64,000 nucleotides of DNA, taken from assembly GCA_964106915.2 (NCBI GenBank), contig OZ066914.1; one strand, written 5' to 3'. The position numbers and the translations under genes were made by a program. Below are positions 46,253 to 59,899 of the stretch, in pieces (within the stretch, counting starts at the first letter, position 1; each line of letters starts with the position of its first letter). The notes beneath the pieces were generated by a model. It saw nothing but the letters and a program-made list of their open reading frames with translations, was not told the DNA's origin and made no database searches. Source of the DNA: Podarcis gaigeae (Eukaryota).

Positions 46253-48388
46253 TCAGTGCCAACACAACCACTGCTTTATCTGGCACTTGCTAGAGAGCAT
46301 TCCATGCCTGTAGCCATGAGCTCGGTCGCGACCATTGCTTGAAGGTACACAAAGTGGCTAAAGTCATCTGAATGCAAGCACTGCCTTTTGAAAAATGGCA
46401 ACTGAATTACAGGGCAATGCATGACCGGCAAGAGCCATAAGAATCAGAGTTGGAATCCAGATGTTTGGGGACTACAGTTCCCATCATCCCTGACCACTGG
46501 TGCTGTTAGCTAGGGATCATGGGAGTTGTAGTCCCAAAAACATAGTCCAACCCCCTGCAATGCAGCAGTATGTACCCATACAGGTTGCTCATTTGAAGGT
46601 CCCTCAGGTGGCACAATGACTGTTAACCAGGTGTCAAGCCCACCAAGGGACAGCTGTAGGCAGGATTCCTGCTTGCAGGGGGCTAGACTAGATGACCCTT
46701 GGGGTTCCTCAACTCTAAAGTTCTATTATTTTATGTGCTAACACCAATTAGCCCTGTATGCTAGCATAGAACCCTTAAGGCCCTTCAGATATTGCTGGAC
46801 TACTGCTCCTTAACCACTGCCTATGTTGGGTGCAGTTGATGAATGTTAGGAGTGTAACAAAAGGAGGGAACCAGGTTTCACAACCCTGGCATACATATTT
46901 ATCCTGAGGGAGAAAGTATTATATAATTTCAGCACTGATTTCATTTCAACAGAGTGCATGTGCGTTTTAGCACATATACACATGATCGGAACTACTGAGC
47001 AAACGCTTGTTTAATGGGGCATATCTAGATAGCTCAGTTGGTTTTGAAAATGCCAATCTTGCAGGTCTGATCCCCATACAGAACAGCTGCATACCCCTGC
47101 TTTTTTCAGGGCATTAGTCTAGATCAGGGTTTCCCAACCTTGGGTCTCCAGCTGTTTCTGGACTACAATTCCCATCATCCCTGACCACTGGCCTTGCTAG
47201 CTAGGGATGATGGGAGTTGTAGTCCAAAAACAGCTGGAGGCCCAAGGTTGGGAAACACTGGTCTAGATGACCCACAGGGACGCTTCTGACTCTAGGGTCC
47301 TACAAATCGGAAGGGGTATCCTATTGATTCCAATTAGTTACCTTGATGTTAAGTTTCAACGCAAAGGAGTGGAGGGAACTACAATACTGAACCAACCAAA
47401 TACCAGGAATAATGGAGATAGGGAAACTGCTCAGGTCATCAAGGAAAAGCAGATGAAAGAAAACGGGGAGGTGGGGTGGGATGGAATGGGTGGGAGAGGA
47501 AAGAGGCCTCAGGAGGAGAAAACAGGGAAGAAGAAAGTTCAATGAACAAGCCCAGCGTATCCTTTGCCCCCCACACGTGCTCTTTCCTACCATCAGGTCG
47601 GCACACAAGGTCATGCGGACCCACGCCTCCCCCTGCCGCCAGGAGGGCAGCGCTGCAATGCAATGCAAGGGGAAGGCTAACTTTGGCCCACCTTTCCCCC
47701 TAGGGCGGAGGTGGGAAAGAGAGGGGAGAAGCCCCACCTTTCACGTGGAGGAAAAAACGCGAAAAGGTCTCCTTCAGCAGCAGCAGCTTCACCAGGGAAG
47801 TCGCAGAGGGGCGCCAGAGCACGTGCCAGGGTCCCAAGCAGCCACGCAAAAAAAAAAAAAGGGCCAAGCGATCACGAGAGCCTCGCAGGGTTGTGATTTT
47901 TTTTTGGGGGGGGGGTTCAGCCTAAGCGGAACCCGTCAAATCGGGGATCGGACCTCGGCACGGAAGACTCGCAGGTCCCGCCCCTCCATCTCCCAACACA
48001 CGTGTGAGCGCATTCACACGACAGGGGAGCGGCGAGAATAAACGCGCCCGGCCTGAAGGAGAGGCTTGGCGTGGCTGCTGCAAAGGCCGCTTCTCCCCCC
48101 CCCCCCGATATAAATGGGTTCTCTCTCCCGCTACCCCCGCCACGTCTCTATAAAATCAAGATCTGAGACACGCGTCTCCGCCGCCGTCCCCCGCATAAGG
48201 AGTTCCCTGATCCCATCTACCCTTTCTCCTATGGGGATTAAACCACTTTGTGCGGCGGGAGGGGGGTGGTCAGGAGACCATGCGGGAAGGAAAAAACCGT
48301 TTTCACGCACAGGACCCTCCCCACTCCCATTGGTCAATCTCTTCCTTTCCTCTCTCCTTCGCGCCCCCCCCCCCCGCCGCCCACTTAC

Positions 48389-48480
48389 TCTTTGGCGGCG
48401 GCTGGAAGTGGTTGCAGTACGAACGGCAGCGGGCTCAGCTCGGACCGCACGCGCACAGCCTGGGAAGCAGCGCGGCTCTC
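48389..48480 (-). other. HSPD1: HSPD1 non-coding exon 1 (5' end approximate)
   Basis: GTAAGT donor (acttac 48383-48388) in the CpG island; vertebrate HSPD1 has a non-coding first exon. Confidence 0.7.
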
Positions 48481-48750
48481 TCGCGACTCTCCTCCGCCGC
48501 CCCGCCCCTTCCTCCGCCCCGCTCCAGAGCCCACGTGAGAGCTTGGCGCGGAAGGGAACCCGGGAACCAGCCTGGCCGCATAACCCTCGCGCCCCGCCCA
48601 ATCCTCGCCTCGGGAGCAGGAGACGTCAGGGGTGGGTTGAGCGGGCGGGGCTCTCTTGCTTGCAGCGCCTGCGCTATGCGCTTGGACGGGTTTCAAAACG
48701 CAAAAGGCCCCGCGGGCGTTTATGCCTCGCGCAGGTTCCCGGGCCCCGCG

Positions 48751-48770
48751 GTTCCAGAATTTTCTGGAAT
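48751..48770. promoter_or_regulatory. Heat-shock element (4 perfect alternating nGAAn units) in the HSPD1/HSPE1 bidirectional CpG-island promoter
   Basis: gTTCc-aGAAt-tTTCt-gGAAt. Nearby: YY1-like CAAGATGGCGG (about 48833), ETS CAGGAAGT (about 49003), NRF1-like TGCGCACGCGC (about 49040). Confidence 0.9.
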
Positions 48771-49145
48771 GGACATGCTCGCGAAAGGTTGCGCGGGGCG
48801 TTGCGTCACCTCCGCTCCCCTTCGCCCTTGCTCAAGATGGCGGGAGTGTCGCCTCACGCCCACAAACCCGAACACCTTATCTGGTTTTTTTAAAAAATAA
48901 ATCTGGTTCGCGGCAAGTAATGAGAAAGCGCGAACCGAAAAAGTTTTAAAGTCTATCCCAACTATTCTTCCCCCCCCCCCACTACGCCTCAGCTAACCGC
49001 CACAGGAAGTAGTTTCCCCGCCATTTCCGGGACATGGTCTGCGCACGCGCGGGCCGTGACCCTTTCCGCGCGTGCTAGCTCTGGGTCGGTCAGGGGTGCA
49101 AGGAGTCCTCGCAGCGGGAGCAGGAGCCCTTATAAAGCGCGCGCC

Positions 49146-49148
49146 ATG
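49146..49148 (+). CDS. HSPE1: HSP10 exon 1 coding part (ATG only)
   Basis: gcgccATG|GTAAG; an ATG-only first coding exon is the known HSPE1 structure. Confidence 0.85.
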
Positions 49149-52103
49149 GTAAGCTGCTCGCGCTTTCCCCTCTCGAGAAGTATTTGCAAGGGGTGGGGAA
49201 GAAGAATCCCTATTTCCTTCTTTCTCCCCCCCTCCCTCTCATTAATGCAACTCTTGAGTCTCTCTGTCTCCACCCCATTCACGGTGAAAGGTGTTCTCCC
49301 GTAAAATGTGCAGAAGGGGACCCCCCTAGTGGGGTTCAGTTGGCTGGCGAAGGGTGCATAGGCCAGGGCAGGGGAGAGTGGACGCCTGCCTAGAATTGTA
49401 GAGGCGGAAGGTTTCCCCAGGGTCATCTAGCCCCACCCCACCCAATACAGGAGCCTCCGCGTGATGCACGCATGAATGGACTGCGTGCAGCTCGCCTCCA
49501 CTAGGCGTGATGGCGGGGAGGTGGACGAGGCAAATCACTGGAAGAGTAACTCCATATCGTTAGCTGTTTAGTGCAGAAGGGTAGCTCAGTTCGTAGAGCG
49601 CGAGACTCATGGTCATGGGTTCAAACCATGCATTACAGGGAGTGAGAATAGCTGACCCTCGTGGTCTCTTCCAACCCTTGGTAAAGTACACACGTGCAGC
49701 ATGGAAGTACAGGGATTCAAGCCCATCGTACTTTTCCAAGTCCTGAAGGGGTGTGAGGTAGTGAGGAGGAAATCTTTTGCACATGTTTCCTTGACCCGTC
49801 TTCCCCAGTAAATGAAGGAGTGGTTACTTCCTAGTCAATCAAATCTGACAACATGTGCTCTTTATTCTTATTATCTTATCCTTTATCTTCCGAATCTCCT
49901 GACAGTGAGTGACAGGAACGTCCTCTGCTTTGCAACAAGTTGTATCTATTGTGTGGTGAAGAGTGCAAATTGAAAAGTCAGTTTTTTTGTTGTATCAATC
50001 GTTGACTGTTACTGACAGTGGATAGTTGTTGGTTCAGTAGTTCTTCAAAGGAAAGGAATTATTGGGCAGGCGACAAAATAATGGGAGATGAGATGAATCC
50101 TTTTTGGGTCAAATTAGTTGATTTAAGGTAAATCCCTACAGCACAATCCTAACCATTCCTACTCAGAAGTAAGTCCTATGGGACTTGCTCCTCTGTAGCA
50201 GTCTCCTTGCTCATAATAGTGTAGGAGCATGCAGGGATTGTTATTGCCAAAAGTGGGGTAATGGGGGTATGTGATGGACTAATCTAAAGCAATTTGGTAC
50301 CAGTTGAAAGAGTTGGTGCTGACAATATGCTCTTACTAAGATGTAAACCAAAGTTTGTGTAGAGTCCCAAGTATTTTTGCACAATGTATTGTAAATTCCT
50401 AACCCTAGAGAAGTTTCTAGCAAAAGCTTTACTGACTTGTATCCAAATAGGTGGCTGACACTCTTTTTTATTTTTACGTATTAATATTTGTTGCTGAATA
50501 CTCTTGGTAGGGACATACTTGTTAAATCTCTTAATAAACTGTACTTTATTGAGGATGGGTTTTCAGACGTTTTAAAGTCTCTTGATCACTTGTCTTCAGT
50601 GCTGCATCTGCACTGCAGACTTGAAATTGGATTCTGTGGAAATAAGTCAGTGGGACTCACTCCCAGGTAATGGAAATACTTTAATTGCTGGTCACATTTA
50701 GGTAATTCCTTCTCTGGCTCCTTTGTCCATTTGCTTAGCTTGTTCGAGAAGACTTTCAAATTTCCTTCTGCAGCAGTGACCTCTAGTGTCCAAAAAGAGT
50801 ACAGATAATCCAGGCCTTCTCCTGGTTTCTAGCTGTTTCTGTAAGTGTCCATGCTGGATATCTTTGGAAACCACCAGAAGGCCGGGAAACTGAGCCAGCG
50901 TCATGTGATCTGGCTAGCTTCATTTTAGCACTCTCTGGTTTTCTATTAACTCCTACATAGTTGCTCTTTAACCCATACATAGTTGCCTGCTTAAAGATGT
51001 GGATTTGTTTTGCATCTAGCCTCACAACAAGCTTCCTTTTAAATATGAAATTGAATACTGTACGTTGCTTTTTACAGAAAGTAGTAGAAGTCCACCCTTT
51101 ACTATTTTAATGCTTCCAGATCAAAACATTCTTGGATAATAATGTTTCCTTTTCCTCCATGCCCTCCAAGTTTGCCCCAGAGTCCTCAAGTCAGAACAGA
51201 ATTGGGGTTATGAGGGAACAAGAGCAAGGGGTATTCAGTTGTGCAAGCAAACTTCCAGTGCACCAGTGGGTGGGCACAAGTAGATGGCCTCCCAAAAAAC
51301 TGTGTTAATAATGTCCAAAGTTCAACATGTTTACACTGTGGAATGTTAATTTACATTTCTTGCTGTTAAACATTTTCTTGTGGTGCTATAGTTTAACTTG
51401 AACTTAAGGTTCCTATTTGTGAGCCTTGCATACCTTTCTGTGATATAATTTGGTTGCCCTAATAAAGCTATTACACTAAATTGAATGTTGGTAGATTTTC
51501 TGTGGTATCTGTAAGTTTCCAAATCACCAAAGCTTGGAAGTTGTCCCAAAGCCATTACTACACGTATGCCTATTCTTCCCATTTGAAACACATAAGCAAT
51601 ATAACTCTCTACCTTTCATTTCTATTTTCCAGTCACATCCTTGTGCAAAATATATTTATTCCAATGTAGTTAATACTGTTTTAAATAAGATCACCTGGGT
51701 ATATTTAAATAAGATTGGTATTCTTTTTATAGGGAAGATGGCTTTTTCATATAGCTTTTTCTGCAGAATTCTTCCTTTGAACAAGATCTGTGGAATGAGA
51801 CTCATTTCTTAACAGCATGCGATGCCAATAATTTTGGTAAAACCTACACAAAGTATTTAACTTTTTCTTGAAGTTGCTTTACCTAAAATGTACTGACATG
51901 TGTAAGACTTCATTGGCCATAATGGGGATTGTATATATGTAACTATGTTTTTTCCAGATTTTTCCTTATTTCCCCATCATTCCTTTCACTGTGGTGCAAA
52001 AGTGGTAGAATCACATGTTTGCCTCTTCAGATGACAATGTGCTTGTGGCTGAGAGACTCAGGTTTGCTTATTGTACATTATGACTTGTGATTTGTTTTAA
52101 CAG

Positions 52104-52268
52104 GCAGGACAGGCATTTAAAAAATTTCTTCCCCTCTTCGACCGTGTATTGGTGGAAAGGTGTGCAGCTGAGACAGTAACTAAAGGAGGCATTATGATTC
52201 CAGAAAAATCACAAGGAAAAGTGTTACAAGCCACTGTTGTGGCAGTTGGAACAGGCTCTAAAAGCAAG
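52104..52268 (+). CDS. HSPE1: HSP10 exon 2
   Basis: AGQAFKKFLPLFDRVLVERCAAETVTKGGIMIPEKSQGKV...SK. Confidence 0.96.
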
Positions 52269-53653
52269 GTAAGCAGACCTTTCCTATCAAAGCTTTTTAT
52301 AGCTTTCCAGGTAAGAAACATGAGATTTCTTAGTGCTCCAGGCAAAATCACCTCTCTGCTCTACCTCAAGCATCATGAACAGTGTGGTACAGTGGCAACA
52401 GCTTTCTAATTAACATTTCAAGGTGTCATTATCTGCTTGCTGTTCTCCTAGGCTTTTCTCCCCCAGCTGTTTTTCTGCCTTTCCTCACTGTTTTTCTGCC
52501 TTTCCTCATCATACGCCTCTTCTTTCCTCAACCAGCACTATGATCCTTTCCCCCAAGCTCTTCTACTATTTGAGAAAGAATTGGAATGGGCAGTTGCCAT
52601 TGACGCTCTGGCATGTCTTCATAGCACAGAGCTTATGGTAGCTAACTCCCTGCTTTTCTTAGTGATAAGGCCTGTAATGCTGTAACTCAATGCAAACTTA
52701 GCCGTAAGTCCCATTAAATGTGGCACAACATTGTCTCCAAGCAAACTTTCATAGGATTTGGATGTAAGATTGGAAGAAAGAAAGAATTGGGTTTTTTGTG
52801 CATGTAACAGATGTATGTTATGGAGCAGACTTCCCCATCCTAGTGCCCTCAGTGACCGTGACTGGCTGGTGCTGATAGGAGCTGGAGAACAAAACATCAG
52901 GTTGGAGAAGGCCACTGTGGAGGTTGTGTTGAGCGCTTTCTCTTCCAGCCACTCTTCGTGTCTTTTCTGGTTTTGGGAGGGGGCAAAGGGCACTCATCTA
53001 AATGCATTTTACTTGCCTCCTCCTGTTGGGTAAGTGGCTCATAAACGATCTGTGTGGTGTTTATTTACTTACTATGGGTTGCATCCAGTACTTCGCAACT
53101 GGACAACTCTTTCCTCTCCTCTCATCTCCTCTCCACCTGTACATCCAAAATCTGTTTCGTGTGTGTATCCTGGAACAGTTTTTGAGGGTATGGAGTTATA
53201 TTGAGCATGCAGAAGCATGACAAGCTACTGGAACAGTAGTGTTGATACAGCCCTGTATTTATATTTTGCCTTTGTGCCGAAAGCCTGGGAAGATGCTCTC
53301 TGGGTAGGTGGTCCCAGTAACCTCTTCTGAATGGGGTTGTGGTACGTAGCTTGTGGGTACTCCTAGATACATCTTTGTCATTGGAGACTCACGTCTCCTC
53401 TGTGACTTGCAAGTGCCTTTTACCAGCTTTGCTTAGTTTGCCACCTACAGCCATATCTAGATCGGGATCACTTGACCACCATGCACTAATAGCCCTGAGA
53501 TTGGATGACGGCAGTGTGCTTGCTTTGAGGGTGGCCTTGGGCCTGGCGCAGAAGCTCCAACTGATGCAATATTGCAGCTGCATTTCCACTATAGAAAACT
53601 TTTTAAGAGCATTGTAACATACGTTGTCAGTAACTATTCTTTGTCCCCTTTAG

Positions 53654-53743
53654 GAGGGAGAGACTCGTCCAGTTAGTGTAAAAGTTGGTGAGAAGGTTCT
53701 GCTACCGGAGTATGGTGGAACAAAAGTTGTACTGGATGACAAG
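53654..53743 (+). CDS. HSPE1: HSP10 exon 3
   Basis: EGETRPVSVKVGEKVLLPEYGGTKVVLDDK. Confidence 0.96.
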
Positions 53744-54732
53744 GTTAGTGTGTGAATTAAATTTCTATACTGTATATTATAATCTGTATGCCACTTTTAT
53801 ACTTGCTTAAACTCTTTATTTTATAAACAAAGCCAAAAGCAGTGCTTCTCTTAATTTTATGGAAGATCACATACATTTCGTTAGAAGCTTCATGCCCTTT
53901 CCCAAGAAACCTCAGTGGTCTGCTCACCTAATTCTCATATACCTAATAGTTTCCATATGCTGTGTTCCCAGATGTATGCACACTGCCTCAGTCTCTGCCT
54001 ACCTTCTATAAACATTTCATTGCTTTCCTTCATCTCCATCCAGAACTAACTGGTCTGGAATAGCCACTGTCCTCTTTCTGCAACCCCATTCCTTTGTTGT
54101 GGGAGGTGGAGAAGAGATTTTACTGCTTTTAGGCCTGTTACCAGAAAGTAATGAAACACAATTGTGACTTACCTCCTTGGGGAGAAACCTGAGTATGGAA
54201 CAGGCAAGACTTGCCCGTTGTAGCCACTGCAGTAATTTCCTTGTGGTTTAACTTGCCTGTATTGGAATAGAAGTTTGCCAAGTGTGTGACCTGCATTTCA
54301 AAAATTAACAACCATTGCACAAATTGTATGTACTATTTTAGGGCCAAACCATCTGTGGAAATAAGTTTGCAAACCAATGTAAAGTGGGGGAAAGTTAAAA
54401 GTTTATGTATATGTATGTAAACCTTAGGTGAGATTTAAAATCTCAAGAGTACATTGGTCTTTTATAGAAGAATTCCAGCTGAATCTCTTAAATTTCTTTT
54501 GAACCCCTGTAAACTATTCCAATCAATTCATCTGAAGTCTGTCCTGGGGGAATTCAAGCCCCTTTCAGAGCAATAGCAATGATGAAGTAGAAGAACTGTC
54601 CTTTGGTTAATATTTGTATAGCACCAAGGACATGTCATAAATCTCTGTGTTGGAAGAGCTTCAGCGTTTCAGCTTTTGAAGTACTTAATTGTTTATCTTC
54701 AACGTGGACAAATTTGTTTTCTTTATTTGCAG

Positions 54733-54783
54733 GACTATTTCATATTTAGAGATGGTGATATTCTTGGAAAATATGTGGACTGA
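54733..54783 (+). CDS. HSPE1: HSP10 exon 4 (total 102 aa); AATAAA at 54878 and 54925
   Basis: DYFIFRDGDILGKYVD*. Confidence 0.96.
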   Translation, partial: DYFIFRDGDILGKYVD

Positions 54784-55639
54784 ACAGTTCATCTTGCTGC
54801 GTTATCATTAAGTTTTCATTCCACAAAAAGTGCTCAAATGGTTCTGTTCCATCATGTAAATAATTTCTTTATTTTCTAATAAATGCAAATTCTCCCAAAT
54901 TACCAAGTATCATTGTGACTTCAAAATAAAACAATGTGTATAGCCAAAATACATTTCTTACTATCTTATTCCGTGTGTTCTGTTGTTGTTTTTTAAATAT
55001 ACTTAGAGCAGCTTGTTGGCTAATTAAGTAGCCAAAGCATTTCAGGGTGAAACAGTGATGGCGTGTGATAATAATAAAAAAGAGCTATAGACTAGGAGCC
55101 AAAGAACCATGAAACCAGTTTAGGGTTTAGTTTCCTGCCTCCCCAAAAAAGCATCCCTCCTGTGCTGCATTACAGCCTTCTTTACGTCATGTCATTACAA
55201 CGTGGAATCTTAAAGAGCTTTTTGGACCAATTTCTCCATCTTTGGAGAAAAAAAAAGCATCAGAATGCTTGGAGAGTTCACAAGTCAAATATAATTATCC
55301 CTTAAATCCCTAAAATTATTCAAGTCAATGAATATAATAATTGCTTCCAAGCTGGAAAACATCACATTTCTCACTAGCAGCTACTGGTGCACAAACTCAA
55401 AATGGCCATGCTATTGTGCTGTCACGGAAGGGTTATCAGCATTTGAAGGAAAATAAAACGTGCAGTTCTTTAAAATTAGGGATGTAAAACAGTTCCCAGA
55501 AAAGCTGTGCTCTGTTCAAAATGCTGCATGCCAGCAAATCGAACAAGGGGAAGCATATCCAATATTGAGAAAACCAAAATAGCTTTGTCAGGCAAATATA
55601 AAATGATGACACCTACTGGTCGGCTCCAGACATCATTGG

Positions 55640-56260
55640 AGGATGCCGATTATTTGGATCCATTCTAGTTTGGTGTTGAGCTCCAGTTTGGAACTGAAAC
55701 AGCCTTGGTTTCCATGACTGATGATTACCTTGTTTAGTGTAGAGGGGAGTGAAACTTTGTTGATTCTCTTGGATTTCTCAGTGGCTTTTGATACTGTAGA
55801 CACAGTATCTTATTGAAATAACTTTGTGAGTTGAGAGTGGAGGGCGCTGTGTTGCTCCTAATTGCAGGGCTGGTCTCAGAGGATAGCATAGGGAGGTTTC
55901 CATTCAACCCCATGGAAGCTAATCCATGCGGTCCCTTGGGGTTCTGTTCTGTCCCCTCTTCTCTCTATATGAAACTGCTGTATGAGGTCATCAGAAAATT
56001 TGAAGTTCGGATGCCACCAATATGTGGAAGTTGGGTGTTTCCTAGGTCTGGGAATTGGGGGACCACCTGTTTTTATGGGGTTGCACATACCCTGAAGGAA
56101 AAGTTATCTAGGACTGTTCCTCAATACCACTTAGTCACTGGAGCCAGGGGTCTTTGGTAATATGGAGTTCTTATGCCCAGGTTTCACTGCTGCTAGCCAT
56201 TCCTGGACAGGGATAGCTTGGCCACAGGGCTTCATGCTCTGATGACCTCCCATTTTGATT
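55640..56260 (+). mobile_element. Decayed L2-type RT fragment (another at about 53330-53580)
   Basis: Remnants resembling LILLDFSVAFDTVD and other RT motifs, interrupted by stops and frameshifts. Confidence 0.55.
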
Positions 56261-58815
56261 AATGTAAAGAAGTGGGAAATACTTTTGCCCTAAAAACAAA
56301 ATGGATGAAGGCATGTAGAGATAATATAAAATTATCTTATATCTCAAGACTTAGACTGGCAAATCACAATAACAAGAGGCTTGGAAATGAAATGCAAAAG
56401 TTTGACACTGAAATAATCAATGCTCTTGATGAATGAGAAACCTGATTTAGAATACTGTATACTTGCTTGGCTAGAGAACAGATGGGGAGAGCAATCCAAA
56501 TGATGGGAATCCAACATGTGAATTCTGCCTGGGTTAAAGCAACAGCATTCAAACCCTAATTGGCAGCTGAGAGAAGTTGAGCTCAGTGGAGACAACAAAT
56601 ACACCCAGAACCTCTACCACCTACCCCATGGTAGATCCCTTCCCCATCTTCCATAAAGGAAGGAAAAAAGGTGGAAGGAAAATTTGGGAATCTTTCCTTC
56701 TGTGTACTTAAGTTAACAGTATCTAAGCCACTATGTTTAGGATTCAACTGCCAAGAAATAAAGAGCCTCTCTCTTGTACATTAATGGGGGGACATGATGC
56801 ACAAGCTATGCAGAATGTTATGCGCAACAGCTGAGAATGTTATATCATCCACTGCAAGGCTATATCACAGAGAACAAGGACAGTACTGTTTATTTGAAAC
56901 TGGCTTATGGTTTAGTGGTTGATAGGTCAGCTTCAGGAAGGGCATTGCTGCGAACCATGATTCTCTTTAATTATGGATCACAACCAAAATATATTTTACA
57001 CCTCCCCTTAAGAGCAGGGATAGTCAATATTGTAAGGAATTTATGAGGTGCGCGAGGAGAGGGAGAGAAAAAAAGTTCCAACACCATAAACAAATCCAAA
57101 GCATGATAGTACGGGCCCAGGATTCAATACTATTTTAAAGTATGCCCAAAGGGCTTAGGTTTTGCCTTTAACAGCACATATTGACACCGTTACTAATTTT
57201 GAAGTTTCCTCATCATCAAATAGATTTGCCATGTGGCACGGGTGAGAGGATTCTATTCAAGAAATGCTATTTGAACCCCACCCTCCAAGTGTTTAGAACT
57301 TTATGGGTGGGGGTTTGCTTTAATTCTAGAATGGTATGAATGAGGGCACTCCCTAAACTCCCGTGGCTCTGAATATCATAGAATTTGAAGTGCTGTCTAC
57401 TGAAATGAATGCAAATAAGTTGAAAATAAAAAAAGACTTGCACCACAGATCTCCCAGTGTCATCAGATAACACAGCTGGATAAGAATGAAACGGTAGACT
57501 TAATTAGACTGAGAGGTCAGAAAGGTGCACCCACTTTCCCCTGCTTCTACCCAAACTTCCTTAGAAAGACGTGGACCACTGCCAGAAATTCAGGTTCTCA
57601 TTGAAAGGAAATAATGACAAGTGCCTTGCTCCCTCTAGCTTTCTGTCAAGTAAATGTTTTACCCAAATTCCAGTTTGTTGTAAAGCAGACAAAGTATGTT
57701 TGTACATAGCCACCTTATTTCCCCATACATAATTCTCTCTTTTTAGCCACACTGTACTGTAGGTGGTCTTCCGGATTGCCGCTCCTACACGAAAATACTA
57801 GGGTATTTTTTAAAACCATTTTGGATCCTATTAATATGCCAATGAGACCTAACACCTGTCCTCTTTATTAAATTAGTGTACTGTATATAAGTAGCTGAGT
57901 TGCAATTGATCTAGCCAGAAACTGAAGTGACACTGGAAACACCTGTTTTTTGGTGCCAAATCACAATGAAAGTTTTGTTCCCATAGTTTATGTTGCTTCT
58001 ACAAGTGTAAATGTAATAAGCAAAACAAGAAATTGATAAACCTGGTGTTGTACTGTTCTTTTACACACCTTGTCCCATTGGCTAGTCTGCCTGGCACATA
58101 TGGTTATTGTTATTCAGGTTAGTTTAACCCCCCCCCCCCAATTTTTAGGTGGATATTTATTTATGGGGAGGGGGGTTGGTAGCTATTTTTATTAAAGAAC
58201 AAAGTGAGTTCATGCGGTTGCACTGCTTCAGTGACAGGAGTGCAAATAATTGTCAATTTCTGCAACACTTAAAATAAAACGCTCGATATAAGCCAAACCC
58301 TCTTCCATTCTAGAGTGAAAATGTGATCCTGATTAAACCAAAAGCCAGGCTCCCCCCCCTTTTTTTGTTATGGAATAGATCCACCAGAGCAACAAACCCC
58401 AAACTTTCTTTGAATGTTACTTTACCTTTTATAGAAAGGTTTGATGCCAACAGATGAAAGCTAGGCTCCCTGACCTTCCACCAAGATTAGGAGCTGTGGC
58501 CAGTTTTCTGTCCGCGGCGAAGATCTTCTCAAGGGCAATTAATTCTGCTTGCTTTGCTAAACCCGCTCTGAAAAGCAAGCAAATATGAAAGGCCTTGGTG
58601 AACAATGTTTTTCGAGAGGGAAAAGGCTGGGGTTTGGCCCTGTTGAATGACGGGAAGCTGTAGACATGTTTCGCATAGGCACTAAGGATGTAGCAATGGT
58701 ATATTTTCATAGACCAAAGTTATAAGATTTTGAGTTCACCGTGCTTCTTCTAAAATGGAAAGGCTCCATTCAGAGGTTAAAAGGAAACCCAGTTCTGAAC
58801 TCTTATGACTCTTAT

Positions 58816-59107
58816 TGTTAAGTTGTGGGCGAACATATCAGACGACACAGTGATTCTTCCAAAGCAGCTCTTTATTTGTAAGCTGGAACAGAACTGAACT
58901 GAGGAGCTCAGTCAGCCTGCTTATATAGAGCTCCACTAGAATGCAACAGTAACGATTTTCTGTAACTAGCCAATCACTGAACGTCACTTTTGATCCTTCA
59001 TTTGCATACAAACTATCCAATCACTGAACGGCACTTTCGATCCTTCATTTGCATAACTATCTACAGTATCCCCTGCTGGCCCAGGGTGAGAACTTCAGTA
59101 CATAACA
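58816..59107 (-). mobile_element. Solo LTR
   Basis: TGTTA...TAACA ends, 5-bp TSD cttat/catat, TATA and AATAAA on the minus strand, internal duplicated CCAAT-containing unit. Confidence 0.75.
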
Positions 59108-59899
59108 CATATGTTACAATGGACAGGCTAAGAAATGTGCTGGATTGACCACAAATAAAAGTGGATGCAATATTTCTGTTTACTGCTTCCTAGTTTTCCC
59201 CTTCAGATCAGCATTGTTCTCCTGAAGGCACATCAAAAAGCCCCTGAGGCAGTCTGGCCTTCTCCAGGCTGCTTAGCGGTTATGGTGGAGTTAGGACCTG
59301 GGAGACTAGGGTTGAAATCCCAACTCAGCCATGAAGCTTGTTCACCAGGTGACCTTGGGGCAGCCACTGCCTCTCCACCTAACCTACCTCACAGGGTTGT
59401 TGTGAGGAGAGAATGGGGAGCCCTATGCACACCACCTCATGCTCCTTGGAGGAAAAGTTGGTTATGTTGTACAGTGGTACCTCAGGTTAAATATGCTTTA
59501 GGTTACATACACTTCAGGTTACAGACTCTGCTAACCCAGAAATAATACCTCGGGTTAAGAACTTTGCTTCAGGATGAGAACAGAAATCGTGCTCCGGCAG
59601 TGCGGCGGCAGCAGGAGGCCCCATTAGCTAAAGTGGTGCTTCAGGTTAAGAACAGTTTCAAGTTAAGAACAGACCTCCAGAACGAATTAAGTACTTAACC
59701 CAAGGTACCATTGTAAATGGAATAATAATAATAATGTGCTATGTTTTAGAGAAGTGTCTGCGAGGTGACATGTTCTGGCCACTGCCTTGCCCTATTGTCA
59801 AAAGTTAGCAAGGGCAGGTAGCATGGTTGCAAGCGATGAGAAACACCTCCACCTTTCGCTCATTTTTGTCCCAAAACCTATTTGCACCAGTTGAACCAA

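Noticed and set aside
47481-48949. Several long overlapping ORFs (186-259 aa)
   Set aside because: By-products of the stop-poor CpG island of the HSPD1/HSPE1 promoter; low-complexity R/P/G/A sequence. The same applies to ORFs at 2034-2494 and 60600-61820.
49130-49137. TATAAA before the HSPE1 ATG as a TATA box
   Set aside because: Only about 8 nt from the ATG, so it lies in the 5' UTR and cannot position this TSS.
49578-49630. tRNA-like sequence (gggtagctcagttcgtagagc...ggttcaaacc)
   Set aside because: Degenerate cloverleaf followed by a SINE body; a tRNA-derived SINE head, not a tRNA gene.
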